In this document: positions 1 through 11,949 of the stretch, piece after piece
How positions within the stretch are numbered: position 1 is the first letter of the stretch
Layout of the letters: each line of letters starts with the position of its first letter
Assembly (NCBI RefSeq): GCF_006345805.1
Contig: NW_021835147.1
Location: 1-42,691 of the forward strand
From: Octopus sinensis
Lineage: Eukaryota
Direction of reading: 5' to 3'
DNA: 42,691 bases
Notes under the pieces: model-generated
The model's input: the letters and a program-made list of their open reading frames with translations, nothing else
What the model was told of the DNA's origin: nothing
Databases searched by the model: none
Translations under genes and position numbers: made by a program

Positions 1-76
1 GCATTCAGCCTGTTTTGGCAACAGTACTTTTTGCTGTTAGCAGTAAACACACACATGCTTGTGAGCAGAAATATAT

Positions 77-115
<39 letters not shown>

Positions 116-337
116 AGCGCAAGGAAGACAGAGCGGGAAACATTAACATGTCTGATGTCAAATAAGTTTAAAATTGAATCAGCGATGCCAAAAAAAGTGG
201 TACCATAATGGCTGTACCAGTATGTCTCATACCGATATATATTAGACTTCATAAGATACAAAATCCATGACAACAACATTAGTCTGTAACGAGATGATGA
301 CAGCATCACATCCTTTAACAACATAGGCAAAGAATGA

Positions 338-626
338 CTATGGGATTGCACATAGAAAGTTCCCCTCCAAGACACATGTCTGGACAAGGTTGTTTATGGA
401 GGACCAGCAGTCTCCCATGCATACCAGCCTTGCCTTTCCATGCCACTGATGTTATCCAAGGGAAAGGCAAAGGCTGATACAGTTTGGTGCCAGTGGTGTC
501 ACAACTCACTGAAGTGATGTGAAATAAAGTGTCTTGCTCAAGAACACAACCCAGCCTAGTCCAGGAATCGAACTCACTAACTCGTGATTGTGAGCCTGGT
601 GCTCTAACCACTGAGCCATGCACCTT
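338..626 (-). mobile_element. tRNA-derived SINE
   Basis: The minus strand has A box TGGCTCAGTGG and B box GTTCGATTCC. The body matches other copies at about 9275-9490 and 21750-21960. Confidence 0.7.
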
Positions 627-661
627 TAACAGCACAACCCTTAAGATAACCTTAGACATCA

Positions 662-925
662 TAGTTTTTGATGATTTGACTGAAGTCTGGCAAACAAGAT
701 GGCTGCACCAGACTCCAATCTTGACCTGGCAGAGTTTCTACAGCTGGATGCCCTTCCTAATGCCAACCACTCCGAGAGTGTAGTGGGTGCTTTTACGTGC
801 CACCGGCACGATGGCCAGTCAGGCGGTACTGGCAACGGCTATGCTTAAATGGTGCTTTTTATGTGCCACCTGCACAGGAGTCAGTTCAGCGGCACTGGCA
901 ATGACCTCGCTTGAATGTTTTTTCA
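662..925 (-). mobile_element. Dispersed retroposon (RTE-tail-like family) fragment
   Basis: Reverse complement of the GCACCCACTACACTCTCGGAGTGGTTGGCATTAGGAAGGGCATCCAGCTGTAGAAACT block seen at 1807-1863, 3633-3690 and 27513-27567. Boundaries approximate. Confidence 0.65.
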
Positions 926-1124
926 CATGCTACCAGCACAAGTACCAGTAAGGCAGCGCATATATATATATATATAACAGAGGTGAGGATTGAAATCTTT
1001 CAAAGAGGTGTCAAACATCCAAGTCCACCAGTACAATCCAGGAAAAGAATATATATAATTAGATACTCAGAATTTGAAAAATCAATAAATAAAGTGTAAG
1101 GAAAGGAAAATATGCCTTAAAAGG

Positions 1125-1976
1125 TACCATTCGAGCGTGATCATTACCAGTGTTGCCTTACTGGCACTCGAGCCTTGTGCTAGTAGGGTATTAAAAGCAC
1201 CATCCGAGCATGATCGTTGCCAGAGCGGCTATCTGGCCTCCTTGCCAGTGGCGCATAAAAGGCACCATTTGAGCGTGATCGTTACCAGTGTTGCCTTACT
1301 GGCACTCGAGCCTTGTGCTAGTAGGGTATTAAAAGCACCATCCGAGCATGATCGTTGCCAGAGCGGCTATCTGGCCTCCTTGCCAGTGGCACATAAAAGG
1401 CACCATTCGAGCGTGATCGTTACCAGCGTTGCCTTACTGGCACTCGAGCCCTGTGCTAGCAGGGTATTAAAAGCACCATCCGAGCATGATCGTTGCCAGA
1501 GCGGCTATCTGGCCTCCTTGCCAGTGGCACGTAAAAGACACCATTCGAGCGTGATCGTTACCAGCGTTGCCTTACTGGCACTCGAGCCCCGTGCTAGTAG
1601 GATATTAAAAGCACCATCTGAGCATGATCGTTGCCAGAGTGGCTATCTGGTCTCCTTGCCAGTGGCACGTAAAAGACACAATTCGAGTGTGATCATTACC
1701 AGCATTGCTTTACTGGCACTTGTTGTGCTGGTGGCACGTGTAAAAAGATTCGAGCGAGGTCATTGCCAGTACCACCCGACTGGCCCCGAGCCGGTGGCAC
1801 GTAAAAGCACCCACTACACTCTCGGAGTGGTTGGCATTAGGAAGGGCATCCAGCTGTAGAAACTCTGCCAGATCAAGATTGGAGCCTGGTGCAGCTATCT
1901 GGTTCGCCAGCCCCCAGTCATTCCTCCAACCCATGCTAGCATGGAAAGCAGACATTAAATGATGATGATGATGATA
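1125..1976 (+). mobile_element. Retroposon with internal 138-bp tandem array (about 4.3 units) and (TGA)n tail
   Basis: The TTACCAG anchor recurs at 1144, 1282, 1420, 1558 and 1696 (period 138). It is followed by the family 3' end CATGCTAGCATGGAAAG...TTAAATGATGATGATG. Confidence 0.75.
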
Positions 1977-2285
1977 TAGACGATCTTTAATTCAAATCCA
2001 AGTTGGTACAAAATGAATATATATTTTTCAAATTGTTTTGGAGTCTAAGACAAAAACCAAAAAAACTTTTCTTGAAATAGAAATTAGATTCTTCGTCAGG
2101 AATTACATATTGGTGTGAATAATTATGGTCAACAAAAAATATAAAAAGAGAGAAACGAACAATCAAATATGTATATGTGAATGTGTGTGTGTGTGTGTGT
2201 ATGTATGTATATGTGTGTTTATGTATGTGTGTGTATGTATGTATGTATGTGTGGACATATGTATGTGTGTGTGTATGTATATGTA

Positions 2286-2316
<31 letters not shown>

Positions 2317-2491
2317 ATGCCCTGTGTGTATGTATTGTTTACTTTAGCATATTCTTTGATTCTTATACTTGGATCTAGGTTAGAAACCAGCTCTTTTTCT
2401 ATTGGCAAGAAATTTTGAAATAAAACTGAATAATGACACACACATGCACATATATGTTCGTGTGAGTGTATATATATATATATATATATAT

Positions 2492-2685
2492 CATGATAGA
2501 CCGTTAGCTCCTATATGCATTTTTTTCTCTCCTTGTTTTTTTCTGTGTATCTTTCTGTCGAAGAGCGTAGGCTCGAAACGTAAAAGACTTGTTCTATTTC
2601 TATACCTGAGCGCCATACTAATACATTTGTTTGTTTGTACTCCACCTGCCTTCGTCTTTTGTTTAATTTTGTAAACCTTCCCGTT
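2492..2685 (+). mobile_element. Penelope-like element terminal fragment with minimal hammerhead-like motif
   Basis: TCTTT-CTGTCGAA-GAGC(GTAG)GCTC-GAAA-CGT-A-AAAGA at 2550-2587, flanked by TA runs. A second copy lies at about 8880-9075 on the minus strand. Confidence 0.6.
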
Positions 2686-3412
2686 ATATATATGTGTGTG
2701 TGTGTGCGTGTATACAAACACGTACTGATTACTGATATTGGCATACACATATATGCATTGATAAACAGTTATTTAGAAAAGCTAAAATCACAGAATAGCT
2801 TCCCATTTATGTGATGACATTTTTGAAGCTATACACACACATACACATATTTACATACATGTACACATACATCTGGATTTGTACATGCATGTGTGTATGT
2901 GTGTGTTTATGTGTGTGTGTATGTTTCTCTGTGTGTGTGGTACCCAAGGTGTATGTATGTGCAGTTTTAAAGAAGAGATAATTATATTACACCAAGCTTC
3001 GTTAATTCCAGATTAATCTGCTGATAAGAAGGAAAATGTTGCTCACCAACAAGGTTTTGACAGTTTACCTGGGGGAACAGTGGGTGAGCTATTCACTGGG
3101 GGGGGGGGAATAAAGAGCACTAAATACAAGGGTAAATCAAAAGTTATATACACTTGTTTCTGTAATTTATTAAAACAAAAACAGGTTTTTTATTATTATT
3201 GTTTTATTATTATTATTGTTATTACCACCACCACTACTACTGTTGAGTATTTAATAAACTCTTTGGATATCACTTGCTCAAGACTGACTTTGGCTTTCTG
3301 TTTTAAAGTAATTATCTAGAATAAAACTTATTAAAATTTCATGTTAATTCATGTTCTTAACAACAGCTTAATAACAACAAAGTTATTTTATGATAATGTC
3401 CAGAGCAACAAG

Positions 3413-3790
3413 CTGGCCTTCGTGCTGATGGCACGTTAAGCACACCATTCACGCGTGATCGTTACCGTGTCGCTTTACTAGCACTTGTGCTGGTGGCACA
3501 TGAAACATTCAAGCGAGGTCGTCGCCAGTGCCACTGGACTGGCTCCTGTGCAGGTGGCATGTAAAAAGCACCATTTGGGAGTGGCCATTGCCAGTACCAC
3601 CAAACTGGCCCTCATGCTGGTGGCATGTAAAAGCACCCACTACACTCTCAGAGTGGTTGGTGTTAGGGAGGGCATCAAGCTGTAGAAACTCTGCCAGATC
3701 AAATTGGAGTCTGGTTCGCCAAATCTCAGTCAAATCGTCCAACCCATGCTAGCATGGAAAGCGGACGTTAAATGATGATGATGATGATAA
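3413..3790 (+). mobile_element. Retroposon of the same family as 1125-1976, single-unit form
   Basis: Shares the CACCATTC...CGTGATCGTTACC block and the 3' end with (TGA)n tail. Confidence 0.65.
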
Positions 3791-4540
3791 TGAACCTCTT
3801 TGTTATTTTCGGAATTAATTGCAAGAGAAAACAATGCACGTATACATTATATTAAAAATACATTTCATCATAATCTGTTCTTGTATGCTTAAATCATCAT
3901 CATCATTTAATGTCTACTTTTGAATGCTTGCAGATGGAATTTGTTGAGGCAGATTTTCTATGGCCAGATGCCCTTCCTGATGTTAAACCCAACCGGTTTC
4001 TGTTTCAAGTATGGTATTATTTTCCTATAGCTAGACGTGATTTTTCACAGAAGGCTGCAAAATGAACAACCTCGCTTGTATGACAGTGAAGCTCATTTAC
4101 AACCACCATGCAATAGCAAGACAATGGTACACACAGACAGACACACACATATATATACACACGCCCATAATGTAAAAACTGGCACACATTGTCTGTGGCA
4201 CACTCTGTTATGATGATGAGGGTCCCAGTTGATCTGATCAACTGAATAGCCTGCTCATAAAATAAGCATGTAAGTGGCTGAGTACTCCACAGGCATGCAT
4301 ATCCTTAATGTAGTTCTCAGGGAGATTCAGTCCAACTGTATGTGACAAGGCTGGCCCTTTGAAAAACAGGCGCTACACATTTTTGGTAGCTGAATGGATT
4401 GGAGCAACATGGAATAAAGTGTCTTGCTCAAGGACACACCATGCTGCCAGGAATTGAACTCATGACCTTATAATCGGGAGCTGAATACCCAAACAACTAA
4501 GCCACATACTTTCACACACACACACACATCTATATATATA

Positions 4541-5020
4541 TAAGTTAAGTTAAGTTAATTTTTTGGCTCAAAAAGCAAAAAGCAAGGCCATATAGGGGGA
4601 CATGGAGTTATGTACAGGGAGGGTGTTCATGCAAAGAGTTCAGGCCATTTCTGGTCAAGAGAGACTTTGAACCGAGCGGTCGTCGGCATCTTCACTATCG
4701 CGTCTGGCAGCTTATTCCACGGATCCGCAACCCAGACGGAGAAAGCCCCTCTCCTTCGATTGAGATGAAATAGTCACAGATACAGCTTTTCGGAGTGACC
4801 CCGCAGCCGACGCTCTGGAGCAGGAGTGAAGAACAGCTCTTTGGAGAGGTTACACGTTCCACTTATGATGTTGTGAGCAAGAATGAGATCACCACAGCGT
4901 CGTCGTTTTTCTAGAGAATAAAGGTCAAGCGTCTTCAGCCTTTCTTCATAAGACAAATGCTTGAGACCAAGAACCATGCGGGTAGCCAGCTTCTGGACTC
5001 TTTCGAGATGATATATGATG
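4541..5020 (-). mobile_element. CR1-clade LINE 3' fragment
   Basis: Encodes LERVQKLATRMVLGLKHLSYEERLKTLDLYSLEKRRRCGDLI...RGHSEKL, then (after a frameshift) FSVWVADPWNKLP, the C-terminal signature of CR1-type ORF2. Ends in a (TTAAC)n tail. Confidence 0.85.
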
Positions 5021-5219
5021 AGCTTCTTCCATTTTCCATCTACCACATCCACTCATGAGGCTTTGGTCAGTCTGGAGCTGTACAAGACACTTGTCCATGG
5101 TACTATACAGTGGGGGAGGGTTAAAGCAGGAGACCACACTGGTTTGGAAGCCAGCTCCTTAATCACACGGACAAATCTGTTCCTAAAGCCATGCCCGTAC
5201 TTAAAAGGGTGAAAATCTA

Positions 5220-5381
5220 AGTGCAGGTGTGGCTGTGTGGTAAGAAGCTTGCTTCCCAATCACATGGTTCCAAGTTCAGTCCCACTGCATGGCACCTTTT
5301 GCAAGTGTCTTCTACTATAGCCTTAGTGCCAACCAAAGATTTGTGAGTGGATTTGGTAAACAGAAACTGAAAGAAGCCCAT

Positions 5382-5452
<71 letters not shown>

Positions 5453-5680
5453 ATATATTTTTGTGTGTGCCTTTGTCCCCCAACCATTGCTTTGCAACTG
5501 ATGCTGGTGTGTTTATGCCCCATAACTTAGCAGCTCAGCAAAAGAGACTGATAGAATAAGTAGTAGGCTTACAAAGAATAAGTCCTGGGGTCGATTTCTT
5601 CGACTAAAACCTTTTAAGGTAGTGCTCCAGCATGGCTGTAGTCAAATGACAGAAATGTGTGAAAGAATAAAAGAAAATAC
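5220..5680 (+). mobile_element. tRNA-derived SINE with internal (GT)n
   Basis: Head GGTGTGGCTGTGTGGTAAG...GGTTCAGTCCC. The body matches 18187-18585 and 18779-19177. Confidence 0.75.
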
Positions 5681-5744
5681 ATGAACACACACACATACAC
5701 ACTTATTTACATGTATTACATGAATCTAAAGAAAGTACGTTACA

Positions 5745-6116
5745 AACAATAACTCTGAGCACCTTTTCAAACTCCACCTGTCTAACACACATGGACATGT
5801 TTACTAAGTCAGAAAACAGCACAGCTCCCATGACTTTCGGAAACATTTTTTCACGCAAAGTGTTGCTGAAATATGGAACAAACTGCCGGCATCAGTTGTT
5901 AGTTGTCGGAGCACTGCATCCTTCAACACTTCCATGCTTCCTGAGATTCGTCAAAACTACACCTGATTTTCTCCCCTCCATAAACACGCAAGCATGTATC
6001 TGACTCACACACTGTTCACTTCCCAGACATTTGTACATTATTGCATATGCTTTGTACGCACTTTCTGACAAGTTGTGGTGCACCTGAGCACTGTATACAA
6101 TAATTTCATTATTATT
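5745..6116 (+). mobile_element. CR1/L2-type LINE 3' end with (ATT)n tail
   Basis: Translates as ..HGHVY*VRKQHSSHDFRKHFFTQSVAEIWNKLPASVVSCRSTASF... The 3' UTR GACAAGTTGTGGTGCACCTGAGCACTGTATACAATAATTTCATT recurs inverted at about 27420-27495. Confidence 0.7.
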
Positions 6117-6121
6117 ATATA

Positions 6122-6502
6122 TCCTGTGTGTGAAAAGTCTGGCTGCATACACGTTAGCATATGTCAGGTGCATACAATTGACAACACAGTTAATTAAGAT
6201 TTATTCAGTGAGTTCTATTCAACACATGTGGAATTAGCAGAATCATTATTAACTTTAGATGGCTCGCCAATAAAGTTGAACTGAAAAACCCTACAACGAG
6301 GCATGAATTGCATGAATCCGTCTTGCAGTCTTGGGAAGAGCTATCTGAGCGGAAAATTCGTGGATGTATTCAACATCAAACTCGTGTTCGGCGTCAAATA
6401 GTTGACTGTCATGATGGTAACAGATTCGTGTAATAAATTTTGTGTTTATTTTTGTTTCATAATATATATTTTTTCGGATGCAGCCAGACTTTTCATACAT
6501 GA
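6122..6502 (+). mobile_element. Internally deleted Tc1/mariner element retaining the transposase C-terminus
   Basis: Perfect 18-bp inverted repeat TGAAAAGTCTGGCTGCAT (6131-6148 / 6478-6495) within longer imperfect TIRs, with TA on both sides (6120-21, 6503-04). 6260-6433 encodes WLANKVELKNPTTRHELHESVLQSWEELSERKIRGCIQHQTRVRRQIVDCHDGNRFV*, the Tc1-type C-terminal pattern. Confidence 0.75.
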
Positions 6503-6610
6503 TAGACACGACTGATGGTCATATTTTGCCTATTAAACACTTGCACAAATTATTTAATCTTCACTTTTGTTTCATTATTATGATTTTCAGTTTATTCGTC
6601 TGTCAAAGTT

Positions 6611-6688
6611 CTTTTGCCACTCATTATTCTGTGACCTCTTCAGCAACTACCTGTCCCCCATTGAAGAGGTCACAATGAGTGACAAAAG
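6611..6688. repeat. 78-nt imperfect hairpin (mini-MITE or pre-miRNA-like)
   Basis: CTTTTGCCACTCAT(TATTC)TGTGACCTCTTCA, a 19-nt loop, then TGAAGAGGTCACA-ATGAGTGACAAAAG. Confidence 0.7.
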
Positions 6689-6704
6689 ACAAATCAAGTA
6701 AAAA

Positions 6705-6965
6705 TCATCATTATCATCATCATCGTTTAATGTCCGCTTTCCATGCTAGCATGGGTTGGACGGTTTGACCGGGGTCTGGGCAGCCAGAAGGCTGCACCAG
6801 GCCCAGTCTGATCTGGGAGTGTTTCTACAGATGGATACCCTTCCTAATGCCAACAACTCCGAGAGTGTAGTGGGTACTTTTTACGTGCCACCAGCACAGA
6901 GGCCAGTTGAGGTGGCGCTGGCAACGGCCATGTTCGGATGGTTCTTTTATGTGCCACCAGCACTG
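6705..6965 (-). mobile_element. Retroposon (same family as 662-925)
   Basis: (TCA)n-TCGTTTAATGTCCGCTTTCCATGCTAGCATGGG inverted 3' end. Confidence 0.65.
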
Positions 6966-7167
6966 GTATCACAACTACAATTTCAACAAAAATAATTAAT
7001 TAATAATAATACTAAAAATAGTTCCATAAAAATAATTAATAATAATACTAAAGCAAAGACTAAATAAAGAATGCATGAATTTAACTGGCAAACAAATCAA
7101 GTGTGAATTTAATTGGTATCACTAAGGATAACAATGTAAATATAAAATAATCTAAAGGGCAACTTAC

Positions 7168-8694
7168 CTAAACCAAAGTAAAGTCCTTTAATAAATGTAA
7201 GTCCATTGGTCGTCAATAATATATTTGAATATCCTGATAACGACACAAGCATGAGTCCATAACTTAATCCATGGAATGGTTCAAAGAGTAGTACTAACCA
7301 GCCTTTTGAGATGAAAGAATACCCAAGGAATCGGATACAATAAGCTGCCAGAGATAATAACAAGCTGGGTATATGTCCAATGAGTTTGATAATCCTGTTT
7401 GATACCAACAGTATGATAATCTCACACAAAGCATTGAATAGTAAGCAGAATCCAAACACCAGCGGTGAACTGTTGAGGTCTTTTAGGTACCAGAGAAGAA
7501 ATGTAGAAATAGATCCATCGAAAATACCAAGACATATAATAATGAAGAGAAAATGAAGAATTTCACAGTTCCTTAATGTAATCCTGAGTTTTTGAGAGTT
7601 TTGTGAAGACTTGAGTGTGTCAGGTGTGTCAAGTTTTGAACCAATGAGAGCAGAGAGTGTGGTGAAAGTGAGAAAAAGGTAAAATGAAAGATGGTAATCG
7701 ACAGGTTTGTTATGATAGTCTTTTAGTAATTCCATTAAACCTGCTGAGGTCAGTGCACACAGACCAAAACCCAAAGTACCCCATATACGTTGATGTCCAA
7801 GTGAAGGGATCGGTTCACTTAGCTGACTGCTAGCTATGGAATCTATAAGGCTTACTGATGGCAGGAATAGCAAAGCACAACTGATCTGAATTACAAGAAA
7901 TATACCAAATGTAGCGCCATACAAGTCATTGCGTTGTTCACAACCGTTTTTATCTTGGCGCGTGCACTGGAATTTACAGTTGAGGACTGTTTCTTCATCG
8001 CAAAGCATTTGCCAATATGGTTTACCATGATGGATCAAATTCTTCAAATTGTAGTCTTTGCAAATAAGGTGAGGCAAAGGAATTCTCTCCAAATGTATCT
8101 CACTTTTCAAAGTCACTGTAGTATTCAATATGGTAAAGTGAAGATACGTCTCTTTACTAGAACTTACCCAAATATCAAAACAGCTGCGTTCCCCAAATGG
8201 TCGCACGTCTGTAGTAAAACAAACACGGGATGTATAAGCACCAGGAACAGCAAATAGACAAGACGCCTCGCAGTTGAGGTCAGTTAGGTTGTTAGTTTTG
8301 GCAAATAGGGCATAATCATAAAATGTAACTGGACAGTTGACCACAGAATTATGAAGAGGTTGATGGAGTTTTTTAGATGTGTTTACTTCGGATGAAATAC
8401 AATCCCGAATATAAGAATCTTGTGTATTACAATGGACATTGGTTTTAATGACTGCTTTGTATGGTAGGTTCTTTGGTGGCACCAGAAGAAGACACATGTA
8501 CACAATACCTGATAAGAATGTGAACAAAAGTAGTAACAATTTATGTTTTTGGAATCGGTCTGCAAGAAAACTGACAATGGGTTCTGCAACTATTCCAAAG
8601 AGTAACATAGATCCGGTGATGATTCCTGATTCTTGAGCAGATAATCCCAACTTTTTCATATAAAGCGGAATGAATGGTAAGAGAAATCCAATGG
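7168..8694 (-). CDS. MFSD6-like MFS transporter, large internal exon (1527 nt, phase 1-1; TM1 to mid-TM11 with a large Cys-rich loop)
   Basis: Lies within ORF 7109..8764. Acceptor TTGCAG|CC follows a T-rich tract; donor TTAG|GTAAGT comes after GLYFGL. MFS motifs include LLPFIPLYMKKLGLS, PIVSFLADRF, GHQRIWGTLGFG, FLLWYLKDL, AYCIRFLGYSFI and EPFHGLSYGL. The ORF-track N-terminus (poly-L) and C-terminus (KLPFRLF...) are intronic read-through. Confidence 0.9.
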
Positions 8695-8879
8695 CTGCAA
8701 CGGCAACAATAAAAAAATAAAATAGTGAAAACAAACAAAATTTTAACAACAACAACAGCAACAATCACCATCACCACCATCTAACATCCATTTTTCCATG
8801 TTGGCATGGGTAGGACGGTTTGACAGGAACTGGCAAGTCGAAAGACTGCACCAAGCTCTGCTACAATACCATAATAAAA

Positions 8880-9075
8880 TAGAATTAGGGAGAGTTTACG
8901 AAAAAAAAAACAAAAGACGAAGACAGGTGGTGTACAAAACAAACAGATGTATTAGTATAACGCTCAGGAATAGAAAAAGTCTTTTACGTTTCGAGCCTAC
9001 GCTCTTCTACAGAAAGGAACACAGAAGGAAACAAGGAGAGAAAAAAATGTGTGTAGTGGCTAACGATCTATCATG
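8880..9075 (-). mobile_element. Penelope-like terminal fragment, second copy
   Basis: Minus strand CTTT-CTGTAGAA-GAGCGTAGGCTC-GAAA-CGT-A-AAAG at about 8981-9015. Flanks are homologous to 2492-2685. Confidence 0.6.
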
Positions 9076-9135
9076 GCGACTGACTGTTATCCAAAGGAAA
9101 TAAAATTAGGTGGATAGGTGTGTGTTTAGCTAAAA

Positions 9136-9255
9136 CTATAGGCAGAGACAGTCATACAGCAATAGTTAGAGACAGCATTACAGCTATAGGCAAAAACAGT
9201 GTTACAGCTACAGGCAGAGACAATGGTACACCTATAGATAGAGACAATATAGTAC
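9136..9255. repeat. Degenerate 24-bp minisatellite, 5 units
   Basis: Units such as CTATAGGCAGAGACAGTCATACAG and CTATAGGCAAAAACAGTGTTACAG. Confidence 0.65.
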
Positions 9256-9489
9256 ATACTGTGAGATGTAGTGGTGCAGATTATGGACCCCTTCAAACTT
9301 GAATGACCATGAAATTGCACTTAGTTTCGCTGCAAGGTACAAATCCAGGCAAGGTTGTTTACAGAAGGCTGGTAGTTGCCCATGCATACCAGCAACTGCT
9401 TGCCACACCACCAATGTTATCCAAAGGAAAGGCAAAAGCTGATACAGCTTGGTGCCAGTGATGTTGCAATTCATTTCTACTGGAGTAAA

Positions 9490-10320
9490 CAGTGGTATTT
9501 TGTCTGTCTTGACATTCTGAGTTCAAATTCGGCCGAGGTCGACTTTGCCTTTCATCCTTTCGGGGTCGATAAAGTAAGTACCAGTTGCGCACTGTGGTCG
9601 ATCTAATCGATTGGCCCTTCCCTCCAAAATTTCAGGCCTTGCGTCTAGAGTAGAAAATATTATTATTATTTTTATTCTATAAGGCTGTAGAACTGGCAGA
9701 ATTGTCAGCATGTTAGGCAAAACACTTAGCAGTAATTGGTCTTTATGTTCAAAGTTCAAATTCCGCTGAGGTTGACTTTGCTTTTCATCCTTTCGGAGTC
9801 AATAAATTAAGTACCAGTGAAACACTGGAGTTGATGTAATCGACTAGGTTCCTCCCCTAAAATTCAGGCTTTAGGCCTTCAGTAGATAGGATTATTATTA
9901 TTATTATTATTACCATCATATAAGGCAGTGAGCTGACAGAATCATTAGCATGCCAGGGAAAATGCTTAGCAGTATCTGGTCTGCCACTACATTCTGAGTT
10001 CAAATTCTGCCAAGGTCGACTTTGCCTTTCATCCTTTCGGAATCGATAAATTAAGTACCAGTTATGCATTGGGGTCGATATAATCGACTTAATCCATCTG
10101 TCTGTCCTTGTTTGTCCTCTCTGTGTTTAGCCCCTTGTGGGTAGTAAAGAAATAGGTATTTCGTCTGTTTTTACGTTCTGTGTTCAAATTCTGCAGAGGT
10201 CGACTTTGCCTTTCATCCTTTCAGGGTCGATGAAATAAGTACCAGTTGAGTACTGGGGTCGATCTAATCAACTATCCCTCCACTCCCCAAATTGCAGGCC
10301 TTGTGCCTGTAGTAGAAAGG
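9490..10320 (+). mobile_element. Cluster of 4-5 SINE copies (CTTTGCCTTTCATCCTTTCGGGGTCGAT family) separated by (ATT)n
   Basis: The core TTCTGAGTTCAAATTC...GTCGACTTTGCCTTTCATCC is repeated near 9515, 9755, 9995 and 10180. Confidence 0.7.
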
Positions 10321-10739
10321 ATTGTTGTTATAATCATCTTCATCAGTAGTACTGGTAGGAGGAGGAATCAGCTTGAAGCACCTGTTGGCAAATCTCTTAA
10401 CAAACCTGTCAGGTAACCACCACCACCACCACCACCACCACCAAGAGTGGTGGCACCTGGAATTATAAGTTCTTGTAAACTCAATCAATAAATGTAATCA
10501 AAACATCTGGAAAAGTCCAGGAATGTTTCTCCTTCTCAGTTGTTGTCAATGTTTCTTGAGTCATTTCTTTGGTTTCCCAGCTGAAGGCATATTTCTTTAT
10601 TTTGATAAAGGAAAACAACAAACAGTCATAGACACACACACACACATGGAGCATAATGTATGCACTATGGTTATATAGAGAAACACAAATACACACACAT
10701 AGATATGAATGCATGGCAGCCAAACTGATATGCGAAATG

Positions 10740-11484
<745 letters not shown>

Positions 11485-11574
11485 AATTGTAAAGAGATAT
11501 ACTGGGTGTGGAAGAAGTAAGGCCCTTCTTGCATTTAATAACTTTTATAGTATATAAATGTTTATTATTATTTT

Positions 11575-11888
11575 ATTTATTTATGCACGCTTTTCAAGCC
11601 TAGCCAGGTTCATGGCCTGGTTTCCTGGTTTCTGTGGTGTATGTGTTCCCCCCAGCTGGACGGGACGCCAGTCCATCGCAGCATTACTCAAGAAACAGGA
11701 AGAGAGAGTGAGAGAAAGTTGGGGTGAAAGAGTACAACAGGGGTCGCCACTACCCCCTGCCGGAGCCTTGTGGAGCTTTTAGGTGTTTTCGCTCAATAAA
11801 CACACACAACACCCGGTCTGGGAATCGAAATCGCAAACATCCAACTGCAACTCTGCTGCCCTAACCACTGGGTCATTGCGATTCCACC
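11575..11888 (-). mobile_element. tRNA-derived SINE (different family; related copy at about 25420-25585)
   Basis: Minus-strand head TGACCCAGTGGTTAGGGC...TTCGATTCCCAGACCGGG and a (TAAA)n tail. Confidence 0.65.
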
Positions 11889-11949
11889 AAATATTTATCA
11901 AGTAATTTTTTATTGAACACAAATTTATTGCATTACCTAAAGAAAGGAA

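Noticed and set aside
150-260. SLIYIGMRHTGTAIMVPLFLASLIQF* (minus strand) as TM12, or QRCQKKWYHNGC (plus strand) as a PHD fragment
   Set aside because: The first is hydrophobic, but an in-frame stop precedes it and the nearest acceptor gives an immediate stop in phase 1. The PHD-like match is too short.
6291-6509. Minus-strand ORF as the missing MFSD6-like last exon
   Set aside because: It has no transmembrane character and is the antisense of the Tc1-like transposase tail.
7934-8257. 107-aa plus-strand ORF
   Set aside because: Antisense shadow of the transporter exon.
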